A stretch of DNA of 64,000 nucleotides, taken from the NCBI GenBank assembly GCA_017463365.1, contig JAFTPH010000031.1, forward strand, positions 9,072 through 73,071, in the 5' to 3' direction. Below, in pieces: positions 36,693-48,668 of the stretch. The stretch comes from Bacilli bacterium. Its GTDB lineage: Bacteria; Bacillota_I; Bacilli_A; ML615J-28; CAG-313. Both the position numbers and the translations under genes were made by a program. Below the pieces are notes generated by a model. That model was given only the letters and a program-made list of their open reading frames with translations, was not told the origin of the DNA and searched no databases. Every line of letters starts with the position of its first letter. Position 1 is the stretch's first letter.

Positions 36693-36835
36693 AAAAGCAG
36701 GATAAGTCGTTGCCACAACTGATGATACCAGTTATGACAACTCGACGCCGAAATGAATTTCGGAAGCAAGTAGGACACCTACTTCTAGTTATTAGATAAG
36801 ACTTTGAATATGATGAAACTAATTAATTTAATCCC

Positions 36836-36864
36836 TTGACATTATCGTATTACTACGATATAAT
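36836..36864 (+). promoter_or_regulatory. Consensus sigma-A promoter with palindromic spacer
   Basis: TTGACA, 17-nt spacer, TATAAT. The palindrome ATCGTA-TTAC-TACGAT spans the spacer and the first T of the -10 box. Confidence 0.65.
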
Positions 36865-36893
36865 ATAATCACAAAAAGAAGATTAATGAAAGG

Positions 36894-37235
36894 ATGGATT
36901 TTATTATGTATGAAGAAAAAACATTTGAAGAAATACTAGAGTATCAAAAGAATAATAAACCTATAATTCAAAAGTATGGTAAGTATGGGAATTTAGCTAA
37001 AAAGTATTTAGAAGAATATAACTTTGGTAAATACTTAGTATTAGGTGGAGATTTACCAGAATACTTACATAACATTGATAAACAAGCTAATGAACTTTAT
37101 AATGTAATATATGATAAACTTTCAAAGAAAAAAGAATATCAAAAGACCCAAGACTATATTAAAAACATACAAATAGAAAATGAAATTCAGAAATTAATTG
37201 AAGAAGAAATATTAAATGAATTAGTATATGTGTAG
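36894..37235 (+). CDS. TnpV-like protein
   Basis: KYGKYGNLAKKYLEEYNFGKYLVLGGDLPEYLHNIDKQANE...EEEILNELVY follows the pattern of TnpV proteins from Tn4451-type serine-recombinase elements. Confidence 0.6.
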   Translation: MDFIMYEEKTFEEILEYQKNNKPIIQKYGKYGNLAKKYLEEYNFGKYLVLGGDLPEYLHNIDKQANELYNVIYDKLSKKKEYQKTQDYIKNIQIENEIQKLIEEEILNELVYV

Positions 37236-37244
37236 GAGATTTTT

Positions 37245-37439
37245 ATGAAATGGGTACAAGTTGTAGATAAAGTAGATGAAATAAATACACTAAATGAAAT
37301 TAGAATTAGACTATCAAATGAATTTGAACCTTTAACAGAAACTAATCTATATACCTATGCAACAAGTTTAGTAGATGAAAAATTAGTTGAAGTAATAGAA
37401 AAACTAAAGAAAGGATTAGAAGAAGAAAAAACATTATGA
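37245..37439 (+). CDS. Hypothetical small protein
   Basis: 64-aa ORF with SD GGAG. Its stop overlaps the next start (ATGA). Confidence 0.45.
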   Translation: MKWVQVVDKVDEINTLNEIRIRLSNEFEPLTETNLYTYATSLVDEKLVEVIEKLKKGLEEEKTL

Positions 37440-37651
37440 AAAAAGAAGATACACCAATGCGAATTGCAAGAAGAAATTATGAAGAAAGAAACAAAGAATT
37501 AAGAAAGAAAACAAACGCACAGTTTTCCACATTTATTCCAAGAAGTGATTATGATGAAATAAATGAGTTTTTAAAGAAAAATAATATTACAAAAGTAGAA
37601 TTAATTTATCAAGGATATGAAGCCTTAAAAGAGATGATTAATAAAAAGTAA
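37436..37651 (+). CDS. Hypothetical small basic protein
   Basis: 71-aa ORF, translationally coupled to the preceding ORF. Confidence 0.45.
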   Translation: MKKEDTPMRIARRNYEERNKELRKKTNAQFSTFIPRSDYDEINEFLKKNNITKVELIYQGYEALKEMINKK

Positions 37652-37887
37652 ATATTCAAAGTTTTATCTTCTTTAAAATATTTATAAAGGGAGGTAAAAC
37701 TTATAATTAAAGAAAATAATCTTGTTATTTATGAAGAACAAGGAGATAAAACATTAAAAAGAATTAGAGAAAAGAAAATTGATGATATAGTTTTTGTAAT
37801 TAAATCATCAAGTAAGAAAAATAGTAAAATTAAAAAGAATGAAATAACAAAAAAATTAATACTTAAAAATTTAGAATTTTCACCTGA

Positions 37888-39582
<1,695 letters not shown>

Positions 39583-39656
39583 AATAGGTGTAGAAAATAA
39601 CTACACCTTAAAAAATAAATTATAGAAATCCTTATCGCTAAGAAAGTGGTGTTAAT

Positions 39657-40616
39657 TTTCCAGATATAAGCATTTTGCCGGATATCGCTAAAATTTTTGA
39701 AGTCTCTATTGATTATTTATTGGGGTATGGAAAAACGTTATCAGATAAAGAATGGGTAAATATGTATGATAATATATCTTCATTTATCCAAATTGGAAAA
39801 AATGAAGAGTGTTTAGAATATTTAAAAGAAATGTTGGAAAAATATCCTGATGATGAAAAGGTACAAATGTGGTATGCACATATGTGTAGACAAGTGCCAC
39901 TTGATAAAGAATTACTAAATAGTGCTATCAAAATATATGAAAAAGTAATTCGTACCTCACGTGATGAAAAAACTAAAAAACAAGCGTATAATGGACTATT
40001 TTATGTATATATGAGGCTTGAAAACAAAGAAGCAATGAAAGATGTATATGATAAGTATCTAAAAAACATTGTTGGCCCCGATTATTATGAAATGTACTTC
40101 TTGGAAGGACTTGAGAAAACAAAGTATTTACAACATCGTCTAGAATTATCGTTACATGATGTCTTTAATACAATTAGACAGCTTAGATTTGGTGATTATT
40201 ATACGAAAGAAGAGAAAAATATATTATTAAAAAAATATTTAGATATTATGGAAATAATGTATGAAGAGCATGATTATGGATTTGATAACTGGAATATGTA
40301 TGAAACATGTAGGGAAATGCTTATGAGATTCAATGAGTTAAATGAGGAAAATAAATGTTTAGAGTATATTGAAAAAGCAACAAATTACGCCATTGATTAT
40401 GACAATATAGATGTAAATGAAAAAACAAAATCTAAACTATTTAATACAAGAGATCTATCTAAAGTTCAAGTATCAATGAGTGGATATAAAGAACCAGGAA
40501 ATATGAGTTTTGAATTAATAAATATTTTAAAACGAGAAGAATTTGATAAATATAAAAATAATAATATATATATTTCTTGTATTGAAAGACTAAAAAAAGT
40601 AGCAAAGAAATATTAA
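39657..40616 (+). pseudogene. C-terminal part of the split XRE/TPR regulator gene
   Basis: In-frame FPDISILPDIAKIFEVSIDYLLGYG, the second half of an HTH_3 domain, followed by about 300 aa of helical domain. It has no start codon or SD of its own at the domain boundary. Confidence 0.8.
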
Positions 40617-40837
40617 AATTATTTATTAGATTAAGAAAAAGATTATAAATATTTCTTTTTTCTATTTAATGTGGGTTTATTAAATAATACAACTAATAGT
40701 TGTAAAGAAAGTTTAAAATACAACTTTTAATATGTAGACTTCAACCTATATATGTGTTATAATGCTAGTGAAGTTAACTTTTACATATATGTTTCTTAAG
40801 AAATATTAATTTTATAAATATGAAAGGAATATAAATT

Positions 40838-41626
40838 ATGACAATTAAACTTGCTGAAAATTTACAATTATTAAGAAAAGAAAAAGGACTAACTCAAGAA
40901 GCGTTAGCCGAAGTGTTTGGGGTTACAAGCCAAAGTGTATCAAAGTGGGAACTAGGATTATCATGCCCAGATATTACTGTTTTACCAGAGATTGCGGAAT
41001 ACTTTCAAGTATCTATTGATGAATTAATGGGATATAAGCCTTCATCATCAATAAATAGCGTATATATTGGCATGAAATCAGTTGTTGATAATGCAGAAGG
41101 TGCTTTTAGTAAACCTGATTATGCATATCGTTTATCACGACTTGCTGCGACAACTCTATGGAGCAAACAAGCCACTGAAGTAGATAAATTATTAAAAGGT
41201 AATAAAACAAATGCTTTAAGTTATGGTCAAGGAGATGGGGGAGTGTCTATTTGTGGAGAAAATACTTTATTCATTGCTAGTTTCAAAGACTTTCCTAAAT
41301 ACGAACTTCCTACCATTAAAAAGGTTCATAAATATTTAAATAAAATATGTGATATTAATACCCTAAAAGTTATGTTTGGATTATTTAATATGATGTTAGA
41401 AAACACAATTGTAAAATCTTGGACATTAGGAGAAATTTCAAATTATACTAAATTAGATGAAGATATAGTGATGAAAGCATTAGATAATTTAGACGCATAT
41501 TTTGACGAAGAAAGTTATAAAGAAAAGAAAGAAGAAAAATATTCGTTAAAACACGTTGATCAAGTACCAATTTTAGTTTCTATGTTAATACCTGTCTTAG
41601 AAGATTATGGCATAACTATTAAATAA
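40838..41626 (+). CDS. XRE-family HTH regulator
   Basis: LRKEKGLTQEALAEVFGVTSQSVSKWELGLSCPDITVLPEIAEYF. Confidence 0.8.
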   Translation: MTIKLAENLQLLRKEKGLTQEALAEVFGVTSQSVSKWELGLSCPDITVLPEIAEYFQVSIDELMGYKPSSSINSVYIGMKSVVDNAEGAFSKPDYAYRLSRLAATTLWSKQATEVDKLLKGNKTNALSYGQGDGGVSICGENTLFIASFKDFPKYELPTIKKVHKYLNKICDINTLKVMFGLFNMMLENTIVKSWTLGEISNYTKLDEDIVMKALDNLDAYFDEESYKEKKEEKYSLKHVDQVPILVSMLIPVLEDYGITIK

Positions 41627-41698
41627 AAGAACGAAAATACCTCTATAAAGGGGTATTTTTTTAAATTTTATGATATAATTAAAGAAAAGGAGAAATGT

Positions 41699-42376
41699 AT
41701 GAAACGTTTAAATGCATATTTATTTGCTTATAAAGAAAAGAAACTTGCTATCTATTTAGCTTTTTATATTATAATTGCTGCAGTCGGAATGTTTTTAATA
41801 AATGAAGGAAATGTGAAAGAAAAAAGTATTCTTCTTAGTTTAGGCATTGGGTTTATTGGTGTTTCGATGGGTGTGTTTTTCTTTTTAGCATACGATTATT
41901 TAGAAAGTAGAAGGGGCTTTTTAAAAGCATTGTTAAAAATAATTGGTGTAATTTCCATGATTTGTGTATTTATTGCACATTTTTATGTTGATATTACGAA
42001 ACAACATTTATTTTTAGAGACAATTTTTTTAAGGTGTGATTTTAAAAACATATTTAAAGCAGGTTTAATTTTATTTTCTTATGTATATTGCTTGTTTGTT
42101 AGAAAAATATATCGAATAACCATAAAAAATTATTTTAGTGAGGATAAGAAGTTATTAATACAATTCTTGTTGCCAATTATTTGTTATATTATTTCACTTT
42201 TCTTTTTGTTAATTGGATTAACAATTACAATTATATTGATTATGGGTCATTTTGTGGTAGATTATAAGAATCAACAAAATGAAATAATTATGTTTAATAA
42301 TTATAAGGGGGATCAAAAATTTAAAAACGAAAAGTTATATGAAGAAATGAAAAAAAGAGGAAAACAAAAAATATGA
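41699..42376 (+). CDS. Polytopic membrane protein (paralog A)
   Basis: About 5 TM helices. Clearly homologous to the next ORF: MKRLNAYLF.YKEKKLAIYLAFYI.. against MNRFNVYLMKNKKAKYLIYLTFYV.., and YFSEDKKLLIQFLLPIIC against YVSEDKRLLIQLFLPLIC. Confidence 0.7.
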   Translation: MKRLNAYLFAYKEKKLAIYLAFYIIIAAVGMFLINEGNVKEKSILLSLGIGFIGVSMGVFFFLAYDYLESRRGFLKALLKIIGVISMICVFIAHFYVDITKQHLFLETIFLRCDFKNIFKAGLILFSYVYCLFVRKIYRITIKNYFSEDKKLLIQFLLPIICYIISLFFLLIGLTITIILIMGHFVVDYKNQQNEIIMFNNYKGDQKFKNEKLYEEMKKRGKQKI

Positions 42377-42969
42377 ATCGATTTAATGTTTATTTAATGA
42401 AAAATAAAAAAGCTAAATACTTAATCTATCTTACTTTTTATGTTGTGATTGGAACTGTTGGGCTTGCTTTGTTGGTTGAATCTTGTGGAAAGAAAGATTT
42501 GTTGATGATTAGTCAAAGTTTAAGTTTACTTACTTTCGCATTAGGGGCATTTTACTTTATGGGATATGACTTTTTAGAACATAAAAGTGAAATTCTAAAA
42601 AGAGTATGTAAAATAACTGGATTTTTACTTATGTTAGGATTAACAGTTATCCATTTAATTATAGATATAAAAATTGAAGCAATAAGTTTTGAAATATTTC
42701 TTTTAGGTTGTAAACCAAAATTTGTGTGGGAGTTAGGGCTAGCATGTAGTTCATATATATATTTTGTTGTTGTAAGACGACTTTATAGAACAACTGTGGA
42801 AAACTATGTTAGCGAAGATAAGAGATTGTTAATACAATTGTTTTTGCCACTTATTTGTTTCTTAGCGATGTCACTATTTATGAGAATTGGTTTAGCGTGG
42901 CTTTGCTTTTTGGTTGTCGCATATATATTTATGGATGCGAGTAGGCATAAAAGAAGAAGAGCGAAATAA
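42373..42969 (+). CDS. Polytopic membrane protein (paralog B)
   Basis: ATGA overlap with paralog A and the same topology. Confidence 0.7.
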   Translation: MNRFNVYLMKNKKAKYLIYLTFYVVIGTVGLALLVESCGKKDLLMISQSLSLLTFALGAFYFMGYDFLEHKSEILKRVCKITGFLLMLGLTVIHLIIDIKIEAISFEIFLLGCKPKFVWELGLACSSYIYFVVVRRLYRTTVENYVSEDKRLLIQLFLPLICFLAMSLFMRIGLAWLCFLVVAYIFMDASRHKRRRAK

Positions 42970-42992
42970 TTGTAATTTAAGAGAGGTTACGT

Positions 42993-44243
42993 ATGAAGAA
43001 AATATTAATATGTTTAGTACTTTTATTTGCTCTTTGTGGATGTGGAGGAACGACTGAAACTATAGAACCAGAAAAAGAAAAAATTTTAGAAGCATCTTGT
43101 GATAAAACGGATATATATATTAACGAAATAGTGACAATAAATGTTGAAACCAATATGGAAATAAAAGTTAATGTTTTAAATCCAGAAATATTAGAAATAA
43201 AAAGTAATCAAAATGGTGAAATTAAACTTTTGGGGATAAAAGAAGGCGAAGGGGAAGTTGAGATTTTAGGTGAAGAAGGCATTAACAAGAGGGTAACAGT
43301 TATAGTAAAAAATTACCCTATACCTTCATCAATAAATTTGAAATTACAAGAAGAAGGTCCGTATTATACTGGTGAAATATATCATTTAATATATGAATTG
43401 GAACCTAGTAATGCTTTAGATAATATATATTTAAACTATAATCGTAACTATATGACAATAAACAAGGATACGTTAGAAGTAGAATTTACTGTAGCAGGTA
43501 ATTTTAATATCACTCTTTATAGTTATGATAATATGGAAATTGAAAGTACAATTCAAGTAGAGGTTGACTATAATCCGAATGTTGAATTTTATCGACTACT
43601 ATTTGTGGGAAATAGTTTAACACAAAGTACAAATAATAATTATAATATTCCTTATATTGTAAGAGATATGATTCAGGCTGACGGAGTAGAGGTTATATGC
43701 GATGTGAATGTTAATGGTGGAGCGGCCATTGCTGATCAAAAATATACTACAGAGTCATTTTTAAGAAAAAATCGTTATACTCATGTAATATTACAAGAAC
43801 AAAGTGCGGGACCAATTAAGTATTTTGAACAGTTTGAAACATCTGTTTTAGAAATTGGTCAAATGGTTAAAGAAAATAAGGCTAAATTAGTTTTATATCA
43901 AACTTGGGCATACAATGTCGAAATGTGGAATTGGATGACAAAAAAAGAAATGCAAGCAAAACTTAATGAGGCATACTATAATGTAGCAGAAAAAGTAGGG
44001 GCAAGTGTTAATCCTGCGGGAGAAGCATTTGAAACGTTTGAAGCAAAATATGGAACTACCCCAAGTCTTTATGTAGATATGAATCATGCATCTCTCTATG
44101 GGGCTTATTTATCGGCATGTGTACATTATGCTTCTATTACGGGCAGAAAAGCTAGTGAAAATAAATATATAATGGCCGGAATTGATTATAAGGTGATGAA
44201 AAATATACAAGAAATTGCTGATGAAGTTGTGTTCGGAAAATAG
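42993..44243 (+). CDS. Lipoprotein with Ig-like (Big_2-type) domain and SGNH/DUF4886-like hydrolase domain
   Basis: Lipobox LFALCGC, an Ig-like segment (ILEIKSNQNGEIKLLGIKEGEGEVEI) and LLFVGNSLTQS...VILQEQS...LYQTWAY. Confidence 0.7.
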   Translation: MKKILICLVLLFALCGCGGTTETIEPEKEKILEASCDKTDIYINEIVTINVETNMEIKVNVLNPEILEIKSNQNGEIKLLGIKEGEGEVEILGEEGINKRVTVIVKNYPIPSSINLKLQEEGPYYTGEIYHLIYELEPSNALDNIYLNYNRNYMTINKDTLEVEFTVAGNFNITLYSYDNMEIESTIQVEVDYNPNVEFYRLLFVGNSLTQSTNNNYNIPYIVRDMIQADGVEVICDVNVNGGAAIADQKYTTESFLRKNRYTHVILQEQSAGPIKYFEQFETSVLEIGQMVKENKAKLVLYQTWAYNVEMWNWMTKKEMQAKLNEAYYNVAEKVGASVNPAGEAFETFEAKYGTTPSLYVDMNHASLYGAYLSACVHYASITGRKASENKYIMAGIDYKVMKNIQEIADEVVFGK

Positions 44244-44335
44244 AAACGTTATTAGTAATTACTTGATTTTTAGACATATATATGGTATAATTTTTAATGT
44301 GTGTTCTATATAATGAAAAATATAAGGAGGAACAT

Positions 44336-45196
44336 ATGAAAATAGCAATTATGACAGATGTAAATGCCGGTCTAGATTATATCGGTTATGATTCAGGAAT
44401 TACATGCTTAAGATCAAGTGTAAATTTTCCAAATGAGGTTTTAGTTGACGGAATAGATATTAGGGCAGATGAATTTTACGAAAGAATTAAAAATATTACC
44501 GACCCTAAAGATATCCCATCTACTAGTGCTCCAGCAATGGGAGATATTATGGATGCTATTGAAAAATTTATTGAAGAAGGATATACGGATGTTATTCACT
44601 TTCCAATATCTTTTAAACTTAGCTCAACAGGATCAAATGTTGTAACGGTTGCTGAAGAATATAAAGATAAAATAAATGTACATGTTGTTGATACAAAGAT
44701 GGCATGTTATTTACAAGGTTATCTTGCGATTAACGCTAAACAAATGGCAGAAAGTGGTGCAACAGTTGAAGAAATTATTGCTAGAAGCAATTATTTAATT
44801 GAAAATGCACATGCATATTTTGTAGTAGAAGATTTGAATTATTTAGTAAAAAATGGTCGTCTTTCTGGAATGGCTGGTTTTATGGGAAGCTTACTTAAAA
44901 TTAAACCGGTTCTTGAGCTTGATACTGAAGGGCGTATTGTTACTAAAGAAAAGGTAAGAACATATTCAAAAGCTGTTGAAAGAACTATTGAATTGTTGCT
45001 TGAATTTATGGAAGGGAAACAAAATATTAAATTAATTGGTTTCCATTCATTAAAAGAAGAAACAGTTAAAGCGGTAGTTAAAAAAATTCAAGAAGCCCGT
45101 CCGGATATTACGGATGTGGAAATTCATTTTATTACACCAGCCGTAGGAGCTCATATTGGAGCAGGAGTTATCGGATTCGGAGTAATGGTTTTATAA
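44336..45196 (+). CDS. DegV-family fatty-acid-binding protein
   Basis: MKIAIMTD...TSAP...GRLS...KP motifs. I prefer ATG 44336, after AAGGAGG. Confidence 0.85.
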   Translation: MKIAIMTDVNAGLDYIGYDSGITCLRSSVNFPNEVLVDGIDIRADEFYERIKNITDPKDIPSTSAPAMGDIMDAIEKFIEEGYTDVIHFPISFKLSSTGSNVVTVAEEYKDKINVHVVDTKMACYLQGYLAINAKQMAESGATVEEIIARSNYLIENAHAYFVVEDLNYLVKNGRLSGMAGFMGSLLKIKPVLELDTEGRIVTKEKVRTYSKAVERTIELLLEFMEGKQNIKLIGFHSLKEETVKAVVKKIQEARPDITDVEIHFITPAVGAHIGAGVIGFGVMVL

Positions 45197-45230
45197 AATA
45201 GGTTATAATAAAAAAAGGAGAAGGATATAT

Positions 45231-46091
45231 ATGGCATTAGTTAATATGGTAGGTATGCTTACAAAAGCAAAAGAAGGTAAGTATGCGGTAGGTCAATTCA
45301 ACATTAACAATCTTGAATGGACAAAAACAATTTTATTAACAGCACAAGAACAAAATTCACCAGTTATTTTAGGTGTTTCTGAAGGTGCTGCTAAGTACAT
45401 GGGAGGATTCACAACTGTTGTTGGTATGGTTAAAGGTTTAATCGCTGACTTAAATATTACAGTTGATGTAGCTATCCACTTAGACCACGGTCAAAGTTTT
45501 GAAAACTGTAAAAAAGCATTAGATGCTGGATTTACATCAGTTATGATCGATGGATCTCATCATCCAATTGATGAAAACATCAAAATGACAAAAGAAGTTG
45601 TAGATTATGCACATGCTATGGGTGCATCAGTTGAAGCTGAAGTTGGTACTGTTGGTGGTAACGAAGATGGTGTTATCGGTGGTATCAAATATGCAGACTT
45701 AAATGAATGTGTTCGTTTAGTTAAGGAAGCAGGAGTTGACGCACTTGCTCCAGCATTAGGAAGTGTTCATGGTCCTTACCAAGGTGAACCAGTATTAGGA
45801 TTTGTAGAAATGGAAGCAATCGGTAAAGCAACTGATATGCCACTTGTATTACATGGTGGAACAGGTATTCCTGATGAAAAAATCCAAAAAGCTATCGCTT
45901 GTGGTACTTGTAAAATCAATGTAAATACTGAATGCCAACTTGCATTCAACAAAATCTTACGTGATTTCTTAAGCGATGAAAAGAATGCTAAAGTATATGA
46001 CCCTCGTAAGTTATTAGGTCCTGCTACTAAAGGTATTGCTCAAGCAGTAACTGAAAAAATGACTGTATTTGGATCAGTAAATAAAAACTAA
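45231..46091 (+). CDS. fba: Class II fructose-bisphosphate aldolase
   Basis: Motifs HLDHG, MIDGSH, LHGGTG, INVNTE. Confidence 0.95.
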   Translation: MALVNMVGMLTKAKEGKYAVGQFNINNLEWTKTILLTAQEQNSPVILGVSEGAAKYMGGFTTVVGMVKGLIADLNITVDVAIHLDHGQSFENCKKALDAGFTSVMIDGSHHPIDENIKMTKEVVDYAHAMGASVEAEVGTVGGNEDGVIGGIKYADLNECVRLVKEAGVDALAPALGSVHGPYQGEPVLGFVEMEAIGKATDMPLVLHGGTGIPDEKIQKAIACGTCKINVNTECQLAFNKILRDFLSDEKNAKVYDPRKLLGPATKGIAQAVTEKMTVFGSVNKN

Positions 46092-46140
46092 TGAGCAAAT
46101 TAAAGAGAAAGTTTTGACTTTCTCTTTTAATTTATTATAT

Positions 46141-46199
46141 AACTTGTTGACAAAACAACAAGTTGGTGATATAATACACTTGTTGAAAAAACAACAAGT
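46141..46199 (+). promoter_or_regulatory. Consensus promoter overlapped by two palindromic operators (probable MarR autoregulation)
   Basis: TTGACA 46147-46152, 17-nt spacer, TATAAT 46170-46175. Palindromes AACTTGTTG-N6-CAACAAGTT (46141-46164) and ACTTGTTG-N6-CAACAAGT (46178-46199). Confidence 0.65.
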
Positions 46200-46216
46200 T
46201 TAAAAAGAGGGATATT

Positions 46217-46681
46217 ATGGAAGAAAGATTTGAGATGTTTACAGTTTTAATTGCAAAAAGCGGAAGACTTGTTAAAAGAATTAAAACTGAAGAAATGGCT
46301 GAATTTAATTTAAAATTACCACATGTGTCATGTATATATTATTTATATAAAAGAGGAACACTAACTTCAAAAGAGTTATGTGATATATGTGATGAAGATA
46401 AAGCAAGTATTTCAAGAGCGTTAGAACATCTTGAAGAAAACGGATATATTAGATGTTTAGATGAAGCGAAGAAAAGATATAAAAGCCCTCTTGAATTGAC
46501 AGAAAAAGGAAAAATTGTTGGTGAAAAAGTAGAAGAAAAGATTGATAATATATTGGTTGAAGCAAGTAAAGGTTTAACTCCAGAAAATCGCAAAATCTTC
46601 TATGAAAGCTTTTCTTTAATATGTAATAACCTTCAAAATATATATAACAACTATGAAAAAGGTGAAAAAAATGAATATTAA
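46217..46681 (+). CDS. MarR-family transcriptional regulator
   Basis: Winged-helix segment LTSKELCDICDEDKASISRALEHLEENGYI. Confidence 0.85.
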   Translation: MEERFEMFTVLIAKSGRLVKRIKTEEMAEFNLKLPHVSCIYYLYKRGTLTSKELCDICDEDKASISRALEHLEENGYIRCLDEAKKRYKSPLELTEKGKIVGEKVEEKIDNILVEASKGLTPENRKIFYESFSLICNNLQNIYNNYEKGEKNEY

Positions 46682-47519
46682 AATTGTAATTGATTCTGCA
46701 TCTGACATAAGTTTAGAAGAAGCAGAAAAACTTGGAGTTACTGTAATTCCAATGTCAATTTCATTTGGTTTTAATGAGGAATATTATGATGGAGTAGACA
46801 TTACACCTCATAGATTTTATGAAAAACTAATAGAAAGTGACGAATTACCAAAAACAAGTCAAATTAATGCTTTCAGATTTAATGAAGTGTTTAAAGAGTT
46901 AACAAGTGATGGATCAGATGTTCTTGTAATTACTATTTCTTCAAAATTATCAGGAACATATACTAGTGCTCTTCAAGCAGCGGAAAAGTATGGAAATGTA
47001 CACGTTGTAGATAGTTTAAATGCTTGTATTGGAGAAAGACTACTTTGTTTATATGCACTTGAACTTATAAAAAAAGGATTATCAATTGAAGAAATTGTTG
47101 AAGAATTAAACGAAAAAAAGAAAAAAATAAACTTAATAGCAGTTGTAAATACGCTTGAATACTTAAAAAAAGGTGGGCGTGTTTCAAGTGCTGTTGCCTT
47201 TGCTGGTGAGGCATTCTCAATTAAACCAGTGTTATCAGTAATTGACGGTGAAGTTAAAATGATTGGTAAAGCCGTTGGTTCAAAACGTGGTAACAATCTC
47301 CTAAATACTTTGGTTGCTAAAAAAGGTGGGATCGATTTTAGTATGCCTTATGGCGTAATTTGGTCTGGCTTAGACAATACGATGTTACAAAAATATATAA
47401 AGGATAGTGCCCATTTATGGGAAGAACACACAGATACTATACCTGCATATATTATTGGAAGCACAATTGGAACACACGTAGGTCCAGGCGCAATCGGTGT
47501 TGCTTTTTTTGAAAAGTAG
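46671..47519 (+). CDS. DegV-family protein
   Basis: IKIVIDSASD...TSQ...GGRVS...KP. I prefer ATG 46671. Confidence 0.85.
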   Translation: MNIKIVIDSASDISLEEAEKLGVTVIPMSISFGFNEEYYDGVDITPHRFYEKLIESDELPKTSQINAFRFNEVFKELTSDGSDVLVITISSKLSGTYTSALQAAEKYGNVHVVDSLNACIGERLLCLYALELIKKGLSIEEIVEELNEKKKKINLIAVVNTLEYLKKGGRVSSAVAFAGEAFSIKPVLSVIDGEVKMIGKAVGSKRGNNLLNTLVAKKGGIDFSMPYGVIWSGLDNTMLQKYIKDSAHLWEEHTDTIPAYIIGSTIGTHVGPGAIGVAFFEK

Positions 47520-47549
47520 AGTGTTTTTTGGGTTTTTGTTTTATTAAAG

Positions 47550-47574
47550 ATGGGCACTATTGTGCCCATTTTTA
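47550..47574 (+). terminator. Rho-independent terminator
   Basis: ATGGGCAC-TATT-GTGCCCAT followed by TTTT. It overlaps the ORF-track start of the next ORF, which supports the later start at 47637. Confidence 0.8.
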
Positions 47575-47636
47575 ATTTATGCGTTGTAAAAAAAATAAGT
47601 TTAGTGTATAATCATATATATAGAAAGAGTGATAAT

Positions 47637-48512
47637 ATGATTTTAACAGCTAATTTGTTTATAAAAAAGAAAATAAAAAATGAAGAAGATATTAGAAAAT
47701 ATGAACGCGATATCGCAAGCTACATTCCATATGTTGATAAACTAACAATATATAATATGACTAAAGAAGACTTAACAAGTTTTTATCAATATATATCTAA
47801 ATACAACAATATTGAATGCACTGACTGTGAAGATTTAGGGGAAGTCAATAATTATAAGCGTGCAATGCTACAAGCAAAAGCCTTAAATGCTGATTATACA
47901 GTAATATTAGAACAAGATTATTTTTATGAAGAAGATGTGTTCTTGGCTTTAAAAAGAATGCTTTTAGAATGGGATGGTGAACTTCCTACAATATTATCGC
48001 CATATCCAAAGTACACTTGTGAAATGTTTTCTAAAAGCGAAGTAGAGTTAAGAACAGTAAAAGGAGTTCGCTTAGTTGGAACATTTATTAATGTAGAAGA
48101 CTATTTTTTATCAGATGGCTTTTTAGATATATATTACGAAACAACTTTTGATTATGATTACTGTATTACTTCTAGAATAAATGGTAAAAAAGTATATGTT
48201 GCTAATAACTTAGTGTTACGTAATCGTAATTTTAAAATTTTAACAAAAAAGATTTTAACATTTGAGGTAAGTAGTTACGAAAAAGATCCATATCAACTAT
48301 ATTACGAAACAAGAAATAGATTTTATTTATGGGAAAAATTTAAAAACTTGGATCCTGAATATATATTAATTGATAAAAAACTATTTAAAGGTGAAGTAAA
48401 AGAAATGAATATATGTGACAAGATGGCAAGATATAAAAGAGACATCATAGAAGATGCTAGAAAAGATGCCATGAGAGGAAACATGGGGAAATCAGAAAGG
48501 GAAATAAACTAA
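47637..48512 (+). CDS. Hypothetical protein, possibly glycosyltransferase family 2-like
   Basis: N-terminal half weakly resembles a GT-A fold (NNYKRAMLQAKALNADYTVILEQDYF). Weak assignment. Confidence 0.35.
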   Translation: MILTANLFIKKKIKNEEDIRKYERDIASYIPYVDKLTIYNMTKEDLTSFYQYISKYNNIECTDCEDLGEVNNYKRAMLQAKALNADYTVILEQDYFYEEDVFLALKRMLLEWDGELPTILSPYPKYTCEMFSKSEVELRTVKGVRLVGTFINVEDYFLSDGFLDIYYETTFDYDYCITSRINGKKVYVANNLVLRNRNFKILTKKILTFEVSSYEKDPYQLYYETRNRFYLWEKFKNLDPEYILIDKKLFKGEVKEMNICDKMARYKRDIIEDARKDAMRGNMGKSEREIN

Positions 48513-48627
48513 AAATTTCACTTAAATTTCACATATTCGACCTTGTAATATCACATTCATTTGTTATAATTACATCGTAGAATGCTTTCATTCTACTATT
48601 TATCTCCCTTCCCAATCCATTTATGGA

Positions 48628-48662
48628 AAGAGGCACTTCTTTATAGGAGTGCCTCTTTTTGG
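48628..48662. terminator. Bidirectional terminator
   Basis: AAGAGGCACT / AGTGCCTCTT stem with a T-run, between convergent genes. Confidence 0.75.
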
Positions 48663-48668
48663 TTTTTA

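Noticed and set aside
47550-47636. ORF-track N-terminal extension of the 47550-48512 ORF, and ORF 47348-47569 (-)
   Set aside because: The first codons coincide with a clean rho-independent terminator hairpin (ATGGGCAC/GTGCCCAT). The internal ATG at 47637 is the plausible start.
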